Translations under genes and position numbers: made by a program
NCBI GenBank assembly: GCA_965215505.1
Contig: OZ244065.1
Span: 5,024,001 to 5,088,000 of the forward strand
Length of the DNA: 64,000 nucleotides
From: Capsulimonadaceae bacterium
GTDB taxonomy: Bacteria; Armatimonadota; Armatimonadia; Armatimonadales; Capsulimonadaceae
Direction of reading: 5' to 3'
Shown here: positions 48,901 through 57,635 of the stretch, one piece after another
How the letters are laid out: each line of letters opens with the position of its first letter
Position numbering within the stretch: position 1 is the stretch's first letter
Notes under the pieces: generated by a model
What the model was told of the DNA's origin: nothing
Seen by the model: the letters and a program-made list of their open reading frames with translations, nothing else
Database searches by the model: none

Positions 48901-49086
48901 GTTGGCAAGGACGGTCGGGATGGGCGTATCCCCGGCATCCGCCGAAACGATGATGCGCGGGGCGGTCAGGTCGGGGAAGATGGCGACCGGCAGAGCCTGC
49001 GAGGCGTAGAACCCGCCCAGGCAGAGCAGGACGGTCAGCAGCAGGATGGCCTTGCGGTAGTGCTGGACGAACGCGCTAAGGCCCAT
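45991..49086 (-). CDS. RND efflux permease (CusA/CzcA/AcrB family)
   Basis: GLVIDDGIVVVEN, RLRPILMTT, PLAIAVIGGL; start at MGLSAFV. Confidence 0.93.
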   Translation of the reverse strand: MGLSAFVQHYRKAILLLTVLLCLGGFYASQALPVAIFPDLTAPRIIVSADAGDTPIPTVLANITRPLENAVAGVPGVARVHSLTQRGGDELDVNFNWGTDMASTLQQVQARIATVQTTLPPGTNVTAERLNPSVFPVMGYSLYSKTVSQQELRRLALYTLRPRLLRVPGVREIAVQGGDTPDFLVELNPTALLARGVSASDVENALAKNNEINAVGHYEQSFLRYQILVSGLFSTTRDIANVTVAVKDRVPVTVGQVGTVRQSVEAHTVEASGDGRPAVLLNIIKQPTGNTVQVSDGIRKTLAEAAPLLPDVTVTNFYDQADIVIGSQHSVIEALILGGALALVVLMFFLGNLRTAAIVLIILPLTVVITFALMKLLGQTMNIMTLGALAVALGLVIDDGIVVVENMYHELESGKERPEAIAAGLKAITPAMIGSSLTTMAAFLPLTFLNDLTGQFFGPLSLVMIATLAVSLALSLLLTPILAGWLLPARAEAPAKKPSFGARVLGFFPRQFDRIVRVYARVLGWCLRRKAVVLLLLLPLIFGTYLLYNRIETGFFPEFDEGGFVLDYQLPAGTSLAEADKVSGQIEAVLAHTPEVAAWSRRTGAQLGFDITTENRGDMSVRLKSDRTRDIDEIMDDVRTQVTAKFPAADVDFHQTLQDNIGDIAGSPNPVEVKIFGSDQATLETLAQQVDGVLAKLPYIVGDVSGVVHSNPEAVLTVNTDRAQRYGLTADDITQAATAALQGVEPTRVQQGEEAVGVRVVLAHPGQALDQNFLPDILVASPVTGGDIPISEVATVERLPGASQVTREDQRQMISVTASLKNRDLGSATSDIQAQVKKQVPLPPGYSIEYGGLYASQQQSFSELGTTLLVTMLLVFTLLVFQFRSIRQAAALLLAAILSLFGVLLALFLTKTPLNISSFTGAIMIIGIITENGIVLFDFFNHLRRQHPDRPLAAVMAEAGEQRLRPILMTTIGAILALMPLALGLGAGAALQKPLAIAVIGGLSVSTLFTLLIAPVLFVSLEGLTRHKGAH

Positions 49087-50761
49087 GCGAGGCCCCCCCC
49101 GCGCCACCGGACGTGGCCGGCGCAGACGTGGCCGGCGCGGATGCTGTGGGTGCGGATGGTGCGCTCGCGGGCACAGACGGCGCATTGGCGGGCGCAGATG
49201 GGGCCGGTGCGCTCGGCGCGGGCGGGGGCGTCCCGGCGGCCGGGCTGGGGGCGGGCGTCGGAGCGCTCGTCCCGCCTGATGTCGCCGATGGCGCGGCCTG
49301 CGTGTTCAGGCCCGGCGCGTCCTGTGCCGACGGCGCGGGATGCACATCGGCGGCGGGGGCCGGGGCCTCGGCGGGCGCGTCCTTGTCCGACGCCTTTTCC
49401 ACCTCCACCTCCGCGCCGTCCGGCAGGCCGTACTGACCGGAGATCGCTACCTTCTGCCCCTCCGTGACCCCGCTCGTGATCTCCACCTGACCGCCCACCG
49501 ACAGCCCGGTCTGGACCGGGACGACGTGGGCCTTGTTGTCGTCCCCGACCGTCACCACGCTGCTCTTGCCCGTGTCCGGGTCGGAGAGCAGGGCGGCGCG
49601 CGGGACAATCAAGACGCCCTCGCGGCGCTCGGTCACGATCTGGACGCGGGCCAAAGTGTCGTCCCGGAGCAGGCGGCTGGAGTTCGCGACCAGGGCCAGG
49701 GCGGGCACCGTGCCGGTCGTCGCATCCACGCTGGGGGCGACGGATTGGATGCTGGTGCGGAAGACGCGGCCGGGCAGGCTGCCGACGGTGAACGAGAGCG
49801 GCTGGCCCCGATGCACCTGGGAGACCACGTCGCCGGGCAGGCTGATCTTGAGCTGCAAGAGGCTCAGATCGGCGATGACGGCGACCTTCGTGGTCGTGTC
49901 CAAAGTCTCTCCGACGGTCGTACCCACCGAACTCACATAGCCCGAGAGCGGCGCGCGCAGGGTGTAAAGTGCGGCTTGGGAGCGCGCCGTGGTCAGCGCG
50001 CCCAAGGCGTTCCGCACCTGCTGCCGGGCGACCAGCACGTCCTGACGCTTGACCACGTCCTGCGCCGCTGCCGCCCGCGCCGCCGCGACGGCGGCCTGCT
50101 GGCCCGCGACCGTCTGCCGCTGGCCCGCGACCGTCTGCTCCTGGGCGTCCCGCTGGGCCTGGGCGGTGCGGAGGGCGAGCTGGGCCGCCTCGACGTCTTT
50201 CTCCGCCACCAGTCCGTCGGCGTAGAGCTTCTGGGCGCGGTCGAGACTCTGCCGGGCGTTCAGCAGGCTTGCCTCCGCCCCGGTCAGTGTCGCCTGCGCC
50301 CCCAGCAGGGAAGCCCCGGCGTTCTTGAGGCCGATCTGGGCTTGCAGGATGGCTGCGCGCGTCTGGGCCTGCTGCTGCAAAGCGTTCACCTGGGCCTGCT
50401 GCACCTGGAGCTGGTTCTGCCCGAGGGTGGCCTGCGCCTGCTGGATCTGGCCGGCGAGCTGCCGCGTGGAAAGCCGCGCGACCACCTGCCCCTTTTGCAC
50501 TGTCTGCCCATAGCGGACCAGTAGGGCGTCCAGGACGCCCGCGACGGGCGGGCTGAGTGTCGCTTCGCGGCCTGGAAGCGTCTGCAAAGTCCCCGTGGCC
50601 GGCGTCAGCCGCTCCAATGTCCCGCGCGTCACGGCGGCGACCTGGACGGTCGGGGCGGGCGGGTCCTTCGCTTCTTCCTTCTTTTCGCCGCCGCCATGCC
50701 CGCACCCGGCGGCGAGGAGGGCGAGCAGCGGGAGAAATAGCATCCTGTGTTTCCGTATCAT
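49076..50761 (-). CDS. RND periplasmic adaptor (lipoprotein)
   Basis: LAAGC lipobox, long coiled coil, LRAPLSG, Pro/Ala-rich tail. Confidence 0.9.
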   Translation of the reverse strand: MIRKHRMLFLPLLALLAAGCGHGGGEKKEEAKDPPAPTVQVAAVTRGTLERLTPATGTLQTLPGREATLSPPVAGVLDALLVRYGQTVQKGQVVARLSTRQLAGQIQQAQATLGQNQLQVQQAQVNALQQQAQTRAAILQAQIGLKNAGASLLGAQATLTGAEASLLNARQSLDRAQKLYADGLVAEKDVEAAQLALRTAQAQRDAQEQTVAGQRQTVAGQQAAVAAARAAAAQDVVKRQDVLVARQQVRNALGALTTARSQAALYTLRAPLSGYVSSVGTTVGETLDTTTKVAVIADLSLLQLKISLPGDVVSQVHRGQPLSFTVGSLPGRVFRTSIQSVAPSVDATTGTVPALALVANSSRLLRDDTLARVQIVTERREGVLIVPRAALLSDPDTGKSSVVTVGDDNKAHVVPVQTGLSVGGQVEITSGVTEGQKVAISGQYGLPDGAEVEVEKASDKDAPAEAPAPAADVHPAPSAQDAPGLNTQAAPSATSGGTSAPTPAPSPAAGTPPPAPSAPAPSAPANAPSVPASAPSAPTASAPATSAPATSGGAGGASHGP

Positions 50762-52227
50762 GGTGTTCCCCGGCCCCCCGAACCCGCCCCGCCCGCGCCG
50801 GTTCCCGTCGTGCTGGTGCCCGTCGGCGTCGTCCCCGGCGCGTTCGCCCCGGCGGGGCTGGTCCCGTTCGCGCCGGTCCCGGCCGCGCCCGGTGTTGTGG
50901 CCGGAGGCGCGGGCGCAGCCGTCGGGCCACTCGGAGCGGCGGGCGTACCGCCCTCGAACGCGGCGGACAGGCCGGCCGCGGCGGCGGCAGCGTCATAGAC
51001 CGCCTGCGTGTAGGCGATGCGCGCCTGCGTCAGAGCGGCCTGCGCGTTCAGCACGTTGATTAAGGGAAACAGCCCGTTCTGGTAGCCCAGGCGCGTCTTG
51101 TCATAGGTCTCCTGGGCGATCTGCTGCGTCGCCAGGGCTGCGGCCAACTGCCGCCGCTTGCTGCCCGCCGTCAGGTAGGCGGCGCTGACACTCGCCAGCA
51201 CCGTCCGGCGCGTCGCCTCCCCCTGCGCCCGCGCGCCTGCCAACGCCGCCTGGGCCTCGCGCACCTGCTCCCGGCCCAGCCCACCGTCGGACAGCGGCAG
51301 GGTGACGGCGGCCTGCAAGGTGTCCTCACGGGAGAACGAGGTCACGTCCTTGGAACGGATGTCGATGGCCTGGAGCGAAAGCGTCGGCTCGCGGAACAGC
51401 CGGGCGGCGGACAGCGCGGCCTCGTCGGCGCGCACCGTGGCGTCGGCGGCGCGGACGTCCGGGCTGCGCTGCACAGCCAGACTGCGCGCCTGTTCCAGCG
51501 TGTAAGAAGTCACGGGGGCGACGGCGTCCACGTCGGCGACGGCGATGTCGGCATCGAGGCTCCGACCCAGAACGCTGTTGAGCGCCTGCCGTGCGACGGC
51601 CAGGTCGTTCTCCGCCCCGTCCAGCGCGGCCTGGGCGGAGGCCGCCGGGACCTGCGCTTGCAGCACGTCGAGCTGTGCCACGTCGCCCGCCGCCTGCCGC
51701 TTCTGGGCGTCGCCGAGTGCGCGCAGGTCGGAGGCCAATGTTTCCTGGGCGACGGCCAGAAGTGCCTGCTTCCGCAGCAGGTCGAAGTAGGCCGAAGCCA
51801 CCTGTGCGGACAAGGCCAGCCGCGCCGAGTCGTACTGCGCCTGCGCGGCCCCGAACTGCTGCTGTGCCTGCGTGATGGCGAGGCCCGGCCGCGCGCCCAG
51901 CGGAAGCGGCAGGGTCAGGGTGTTTTGCAGGGTGCCGAACGTCTCCTGGGCGGGGGGCGGCTGGTAGACATTGGCGTTCGACAGGGAGGCGGTGCTGTTG
52001 AAAGTGATCTGGAGCCGACGCTGCGCCTGCGCCTGGCCGACACGGGCGCGGGCCTGTGCCAGAGCCTGGGCGGCGCTGGTGAGTGTGGGGCTGGACTGAG
52101 CGGCCAGGGCACTTGCCTGCGCCAGAGTCAGCGGCCCGGTGGCGGCGGCGACCTGTGCCAAAGCCGGCCCAGCCCAGAGGGCGGGCCAGGTCGTCAGGAG
52201 TAGAAGCTGCGACGGGGTCTTTCTCAT
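50758..52227 (-). CDS. TolC family outer-membrane factor
   Basis: Signal peptide, VASAYFDLL, VSAAYL, two-repeat helical architecture. Confidence 0.88.
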   Translation of the reverse strand: MRKTPSQLLLLTTWPALWAGPALAQVAAATGPLTLAQASALAAQSSPTLTSAAQALAQARARVGQAQAQRRLQITFNSTASLSNANVYQPPPAQETFGTLQNTLTLPLPLGARPGLAITQAQQQFGAAQAQYDSARLALSAQVASAYFDLLRKQALLAVAQETLASDLRALGDAQKRQAAGDVAQLDVLQAQVPAASAQAALDGAENDLAVARQALNSVLGRSLDADIAVADVDAVAPVTSYTLEQARSLAVQRSPDVRAADATVRADEAALSAARLFREPTLSLQAIDIRSKDVTSFSREDTLQAAVTLPLSDGGLGREQVREAQAALAGARAQGEATRRTVLASVSAAYLTAGSKRRQLAAALATQQIAQETYDKTRLGYQNGLFPLINVLNAQAALTQARIAYTQAVYDAAAAAAGLSAAFEGGTPAAPSGPTAAPAPPATTPGAAGTGANGTSPAGANAPGTTPTGTSTTGTGAGGAGSGGRGTP

Positions 52228-52363
52228 GCGGTCGTCAGGTCACGGCGGCGGACGCCGGAAGGGGGTTGTTCTGGGACTAGGGACCGTCGTCGCTCCCGTT
52301 CGCCCTGCCCCGCTAGTATACTCGGCTCACATGAGAGCAACATGAAAGCGCGCTGAGGGGCTG

Positions 52364-53800
52364 TTAATCTTCCGGAAGGGTCACGATGAACCGGCTGCCG
52401 CGCCCTGGCTCGCTCTCCGCTTCCACCTGCCCTCCGTGCGCCCGGACGATGCTCTGGACGATGGACAGGCCGAGGCCGCTGCCGCCCGTGTTGGCGCGGG
52501 ACTTGTCGCCTCGGAAGAAGCGGTCGAAAACGTGCGGCAGATCTTCGGGGGAGATGCCGACGCCGGTGTCGGCGACGCACAGACGGCATTTACCCCCGGC
52601 ATCGGTTATGGAAACACGGACCTCGCCGCCCGGCGGCGTATAGGCCAGCGCGTTCTCTATCAGGTTCCGCACCATCCGGCGCAGCGCGTCCCCGTCGCCG
52701 CGCAGGGCCGCCTCGCCGTCCGCCTCGAAAACCAGGCGCAGGCCCGCCTCCTGCGCCCGCCTCTGCATCGCCGCAGTCACCTCGGAGGCCAGTGCGGCGA
52801 GGGAGATGGAAACGCGCGGACACGCCGGCCCCGCATCGCCGCGCGCCAGGAAGCCCAGGCTCTCGACGATGCGGGCCATCCGCAGCACTTCCTCCAGGCC
52901 GCTCTCCAGCGTCCTCCGGTACTCCGGGGCGGCCCGCTCGCGCGACAGGGCCAGCTCGAACTCGCCGCGCAGGATGGTGAGCGGCGTCCGCAGCTCGTGG
53001 GAGGCGTCGGCGGTGAACTGCCGCTGGCCGGTGAAGGCCGCCGACAGCCGGGCCAGCATGCCGTTGAGGGCCGTGACGAGGTGGCCGATCTCGTCGTCCG
53101 AGTGCGCGTGCCGGCTGAGGAGGACGGGTCCCAGCCGCTCCGCCGTCAGCGTTTCGGCCTCGGTGACGATGTGGTCGATCGGGCGCAGGGCGCGACCCAC
53201 CAGCAGCCAGCCCCCGACGCCGGACAGCACCAGGAACAGCAGGCCGGCCAGGACAAGCCCGGTGAGCAGGCGCGCGAGCAGGTCCTCGGCGGGGTCCCAC
53301 GGCGCGGCGACTTGCAGGAGGGCGGAGGAGCGCGGGAGGGCGATCGTGAGGCAGCGCATCCGGTCGTCGTCCCCCTTCCCGGCGAAGACCGGGCCGTGCG
53401 CGGCGGGCGGCAGCGCCCGGAGGGAGGCGAGGAAGACGGGCTGGGCTGCCAGATCGGGCGAGAGGGCGTCCGTCCGCCCGGTGTCGGTACGCACCAGGCG
53501 CAAATAGAGGGGGTCGGCCCCGATGCCCGGCAGCATGGCGGGCGCGAGGCGCGACGCCGCCACGACGACGGCCGGGCGGGGCGGGGGCCTGTCATCCGCA
53601 TCATCGAGCCGTCGCAGGACCTGTGCTGCGCCGTCCCCCAGCGCCTGGTCAGTCTCGCGCACCAGAGCTTCGCGGACCAACCCGTAGCACAGCGCCGCGC
53701 TGGGCAGGAGGATCAGTGTCACGGTCAGCAGGGACCAGGCGGTGAGCTGGAACCGGAGTGATCTCGCCCAGGGGGGCATCAGCCGGTGGGAAAGCGTCAT
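52364..53800 (-). CDS. Sensor histidine kinase (CusS/CzcS-like)
   Basis: Two TM helices, HAMP, ASHELRTP, NLIENA, DTGVG, GSGLGL. Confidence 0.95.
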   Translation of the reverse strand: MTLSHRLMPPWARSLRFQLTAWSLLTVTLILLPSAALCYGLVREALVRETDQALGDGAAQVLRRLDDADDRPPPRPAVVVAASRLAPAMLPGIGADPLYLRLVRTDTGRTDALSPDLAAQPVFLASLRALPPAAHGPVFAGKGDDDRMRCLTIALPRSSALLQVAAPWDPAEDLLARLLTGLVLAGLLFLVLSGVGGWLLVGRALRPIDHIVTEAETLTAERLGPVLLSRHAHSDDEIGHLVTALNGMLARLSAAFTGQRQFTADASHELRTPLTILRGEFELALSRERAAPEYRRTLESGLEEVLRMARIVESLGFLARGDAGPACPRVSISLAALASEVTAAMQRRAQEAGLRLVFEADGEAALRGDGDALRRMVRNLIENALAYTPPGGEVRVSITDAGGKCRLCVADTGVGISPEDLPHVFDRFFRGDKSRANTGGSGLGLSIVQSIVRAHGGQVEAESEPGRGSRFIVTLPED

Positions 53801-54462
53801 CCGAGCTGATACCCCACATGGCGCAGGGTGCGGATCAGCTTGCGGTCCGCCTCACGGTCTATCTTCGCGCGCAGGTAGCTGATGTAGACGTCAATGACGT
53901 TCGAGCCGCTGTCGAAGTCGAACCCCCAGACGTGGTCGGCGATCATGGCGCGCGTGACCGGGCGGCGGGCGTTCCGCATCAGATAGTCCAGCAGGGCGTA
54001 CTCGCGGGCACTCAGGTCGAAGGCGCGTCCGCCCCGGTGGGCGAGCCGCGTCCGGGTATCCAGCGTCAGGTCCTCGACGGACAGCAGGGCCGCCCCCCGC
54101 CCCTCGCGGCGGCGCAGCAGGGCGCGGACGCGGGCCAGCAGCTCCTCGATGGAGAACGGCTTGGTCAAGTAGTCGTCCGCGCCCGCGTCCAGCCCGGCCA
54201 CCTTGTCCCCCAGGCCGTCGCGGGCCGTCACCATCAGGATCGCCGTCGTGTCCCCTTCGGCCCGCAGCAGGCGGCAGAACTCCTGCCCGGTCAGGCCGGG
54301 CAGCAGGTGGTCCAGTACGACGACGTCGTACCCCGCCGCCCGCGTCCGTTCCAGGCCGGTCAGACCGTCACGGGCGATGTCGGCGGCGTAGCCCGACTCT
54401 TCCAGGGCCTGCTTCAAAAAAGAAGCGACTTTTTCTTCGTCTTCGACGACCAGGACGCGCAT
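53797..54462 (-). CDS. OmpR-family response regulator
   Basis: VVEDE, GADDYLTKPF, winged helix NVIDVYISYLR. Confidence 0.95.
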   Translation of the reverse strand: MRVLVVEDEEKVASFLKQALEESGYAADIARDGLTGLERTRAAGYDVVVLDHLLPGLTGQEFCRLLRAEGDTTAILMVTARDGLGDKVAGLDAGADDYLTKPFSIEELLARVRALLRRREGRGAALLSVEDLTLDTRTRLAHRGGRAFDLSAREYALLDYLMRNARRPVTRAMIADHVWGFDFDSGSNVIDVYISYLRAKIDREADRKLIRTLRHVGYQLG

Positions 54463-54477
54463 AATTTAGAACTTGAT

Positions 54478-55521
54478 TCAGAAGTCGTACTTGCCGATGT
54501 TGTCCTTGTTGAAGATCAAAATATCGCCCAGCAGGATGTTGTCGCCGACGATCTTCTTCTCGCCCAGCCGGCCCGCTTTGAAGCTGGTCGCGCCGGGCTT
54601 CAGCGTGCCTTTCGCGACGGCCTCGGCGGCGTAAATGGTGAGATACCCCAGGTCCTGGGTGTTCCACAGGATGACCGACTTGACGGTGCCGTCCTGCACA
54701 TAAGCCTTCATGGCGTTAGGCGTGGACAGCCCGGTCACCAGCACCTGCCCGCCCTTGCCGGCCTGCCTGACGGCCTCGGCCGCGCCGGGGAAGGCGACCG
54801 AGCTGATGCCGAAGACGCCCTTCAAGTCAGGATACGTCTTGATGAGGTCCTGCGTTACCTGGAAGGCCACGTTCTGGTCCTCGTTGCAGGGCTTGACGGC
54901 GGCCAGTTCCAGCTTGGGGTACTTCAGCAGCCGAATTTTGATGTATCTGATCCACTCGTTCTGGTTCGCCGCCGTTGATGCCGCCGTGACGACGGCTACC
55001 TTGCCGACGGCTTTGTCGGCACCGCCCATGTCCTTGACCATCGTGTCTACCAGGGCGTTCGCGATCTGCTCGGACGTGGCCTGGTTGACGAAGAAGTCGC
55101 GCGCCCCCGGCTGCCCGTCGGCGTCCCAGGTCAGCACATGGACTCCTTTGGCCCTGGCCGCCGTCATGGCTGGGGCGAGGACGCTGGGGTCGTTGGGTGA
55201 GACGGCGATCACGTCCGCGCCTTTGAGGGTCCAGGTTTCGATGAGCGAAGCCGCCTTTTCGGGTGCCCCGTCGGTTGGCCCGTCGTAGGTCAGGTCCACG
55301 TCGCCGAGTTCCTTGGCCGCCGCCTGCGCGCCGTCGTTGCAGGAGGAGAAGTAGGCGATGCCCTTCTTCTTCGGCAGCAAATAGACGCTGACCCTCTTGC
55401 CGCCCGACACGGCGGGGGCGGAGGGGCCGCCGGGAGGCGAAGCGTCGTTGTGCGGGCCGCAGCCGGCGGTCAGAGCGAGGCCGCTAAGAAGGAGGGGCAG
55501 AGCGCGGATGATGGTTGGCAT
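54478..55521 (-). CDS. Sugar ABC substrate-binding lipoprotein (RhaS/LsrB-like)
   Basis: LTAGC lipobox, AVSPND, LWNTQDLGY. Confidence 0.85.
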   Translation of the reverse strand: MPTIIRALPLLLSGLALTAGCGPHNDASPPGGPSAPAVSGGKRVSVYLLPKKKGIAYFSSCNDGAQAAAKELGDVDLTYDGPTDGAPEKAASLIETWTLKGADVIAVSPNDPSVLAPAMTAARAKGVHVLTWDADGQPGARDFFVNQATSEQIANALVDTMVKDMGGADKAVGKVAVVTAASTAANQNEWIRYIKIRLLKYPKLELAAVKPCNEDQNVAFQVTQDLIKTYPDLKGVFGISSVAFPGAAEAVRQAGKGGQVLVTGLSTPNAMKAYVQDGTVKSVILWNTQDLGYLTIYAAEAVAKGTLKPGATSFKAGRLGEKKIVGDNILLGDILIFNKDNIGKYDF

Positions 55522-55563
55522 GATGGGTTCCTCGTTGATAGGGGGGCGCATACGTCTGGCAAG

Positions 55564-55652
55564 AGGGCGCACACGGATTGGGAGGGCGCACACGCAGGTG
55601 CGCCCCTACGGGCGAGGGCCTACGCCCGTAGGGGCCGACCTGCGTGTCGGCC
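55564..55652. repeat. Cluster of GTAG-type REP palindromes
   Basis: GGGCGCAC-ACGCAG-GTGCGCCC followed by CTAC, and GTAG-GGGCCGAC-CTGCGT-GTCGGCCC, in opposite orientations inside the ABC operon. Confidence 0.7.
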
Positions 55653-55668
55653 CTTCTTTCGGGGGCGG

Positions 55669-56640
55669 TCATCTCCTTCTCGGCGCGAGCAGGCTGTCGG
55701 CCAGCACGGACAGGAGCAGCAGCGCGCCGATGACGATCAGGTTCAGCTCGTCCCGCGCGTACTGCCAGGTGACGAACTCGCGCGTCTCGTGGATGAGCAG
55801 GACGCCCAATACCGTCCCCAGCAGGCGGCCCCGCCCGCCGAAGATGCTGGTGCCGCCCAGGACGACGGCGGTGATGACGTCAAGCTCCATGCCCGTCCCG
55901 ATGTCCGCCTTGGCCGTGTTGCGGCGGGCGACGAACAGCAGGGCCGCGACGGCTGCCGTCAGGCCCGAGGCCGTGTAGAGCCACAATTTGATCCGCGTCA
56001 CGGCCAGCCCCGAGTAGCGCGAGGCTGTCTCATTGTAGCCGATGGCGGACAGCCGCAGGCCGAGCGGCGTCCGCGCCAGCAGGATCGCCGTGACCAGCAG
56101 GGCGGTCAGGAACAGCACGCCGGGGATGGGCAGGCCCAGCAGAGTGCCCTGGCCCAGCCGCGCGAAGCCCGCCGGGAAGCCGGAGAACGGCCTGCCCAGG
56201 CTGATGCCCTCGGCGATGCCCCGGTAGGCGGCCAGAGTCGCCAGCGTGACGATTAAAGGGTGGACCCGGACATGGGCGATGAACACGCCGTTCAGCATCC
56301 CGGCCGCCGCGCCGGTCAGCAGGGCAGCCAGCGCGCCCAGCCACACGGGGAGGCCGTGCGCGAAGCACAGCCCGAAGACGACGGCGGACAGGGCCATGGT
56401 CGAGCCGACCGAGAGGTCAATGCCCGCCGTCAGGATGATCAAAGTCATCGGCAGGGCCAGCAGGGCCAGCTCCCAGACGTGCGTGGACAGCTCGATCTGC
56501 GCGGGCGCGGCCAGGAAGGCGGGACTGAGGCGGTCCGCCGTCAGCAGCAGGCCGACCAGTAGCAGCAGCAGGACGGCCTCCTGCCGCACGGAGGCCAGGA
56601 GCCGCAGCCAGGGGTGGGGCAGGGCGCGCGGGGCGATCAT
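55669..56640 (-). CDS. Sugar ABC permease
   Basis: GIDLSVG, ELDVITAVVLGGTS; start at MIAPRAL. Confidence 0.92.
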   Translation of the reverse strand: MIAPRALPHPWLRLLASVRQEAVLLLLLVGLLLTADRLSPAFLAAPAQIELSTHVWELALLALPMTLIILTAGIDLSVGSTMALSAVVFGLCFAHGLPVWLGALAALLTGAAAGMLNGVFIAHVRVHPLIVTLATLAAYRGIAEGISLGRPFSGFPAGFARLGQGTLLGLPIPGVLFLTALLVTAILLARTPLGLRLSAIGYNETASRYSGLAVTRIKLWLYTASGLTAAVAALLFVARRNTAKADIGTGMELDVITAVVLGGTSIFGGRGRLLGTVLGVLLIHETREFVTWQYARDELNLIVIGALLLLSVLADSLLAPRRR

Positions 56641-57635
56641 GGCCGGTTCCCCCGCGCCGAGCGTCGGCCCAGATGGTCTGCCAGCACGGCGGCCAGGATG
56701 AAAGCGCCCTGGATGGCCTTTTCCCAGAACGCCGCCGACTCGTTCAGCCGCAGGAAGACCAGCATGGGGCGGACCAGGCCGAGCAGCAGGGCGGCAAGGA
56801 CCGAGCCGAGAATCGTCCCGCGCCCGCCGCTGATGGAGGTGCCGCCGACCACGACGCAGGTGACGACCAGCAGCTCGAAGCCCGACCCGATGCCCGACTC
56901 GATGACCGAGAGGCGGGGGACGCTGACGACGGCGGCAACGGCGGTCAGGAAGCCCGTCAGGGTGAAGACGAACAGCTTCAAGCGCGGCAAAGACAGCCCG
57001 GTCAGCCGCGCCGCTTCGGGGTTGCTGCCCGCCGCATAAAGGCGCCGCCCGAGCGGCGTCTCCCGCGCCAGCCCGACCGCCAGCAGTGTCACGGCCAGGG
57101 CGGTCCACACGCTGTAGGGGACGGCCAGGAGCGTCCCCAGGCCGAGGGCGCGCAGGCCCGGCGGCATGTCGGTGATCTCCGAGCCGTTCAGGAGGGTCAA
57201 CTGAACCCCGTGCAGGACCGTCAGCATCCCCAGGGTCACGATGATGGAGGGCATCCGGCCCGCCGTCACCAGCAGGCCGTTCGTCAGCCCCAGGACGGTG
57301 CCGAGCAGCAGCGTCAGGCCGACGCCCAGGACGACCGGCAGGTGCGCGTGGGTGGGGGACGTGAGCTGTCCCAGCACGGCCGCCAGCAGGCCGAGCTGCG
57401 CGCCGACCGAGATGTCTATCTCGCCCAGGACGATCACGAAGGTCAGCCCGCAGGCGACGATGACCGTCGGGGCCGCCGAAACCAGCATGTCCCGCAGGTT
57501 GCCGGGCGCGACGAAGGCCGGGTTGATCAGCCCGACGGCCAGCAAGGTTACCAGCAGCAAGGCCAGCACGCCCCATTCGCGCCGCCAGGCCACCCGGAAA
57601 GATGGGAGCCTTCGTGCCGCCGACTGTGTCGTCAT
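56637..57635 (-). CDS. Sugar ABC permease
   Basis: GEIDISVG, GSNPEAA, VVGGTSISGG. Confidence 0.92.
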   Translation of the reverse strand: MTTQSAARRLPSFRVAWRREWGVLALLLVTLLAVGLINPAFVAPGNLRDMLVSAAPTVIVACGLTFVIVLGEIDISVGAQLGLLAAVLGQLTSPTHAHLPVVLGVGLTLLLGTVLGLTNGLLVTAGRMPSIIVTLGMLTVLHGVQLTLLNGSEITDMPPGLRALGLGTLLAVPYSVWTALAVTLLAVGLARETPLGRRLYAAGSNPEAARLTGLSLPRLKLFVFTLTGFLTAVAAVVSVPRLSVIESGIGSGFELLVVTCVVVGGTSISGGRGTILGSVLAALLLGLVRPMLVFLRLNESAAFWEKAIQGAFILAAVLADHLGRRSARGNRP

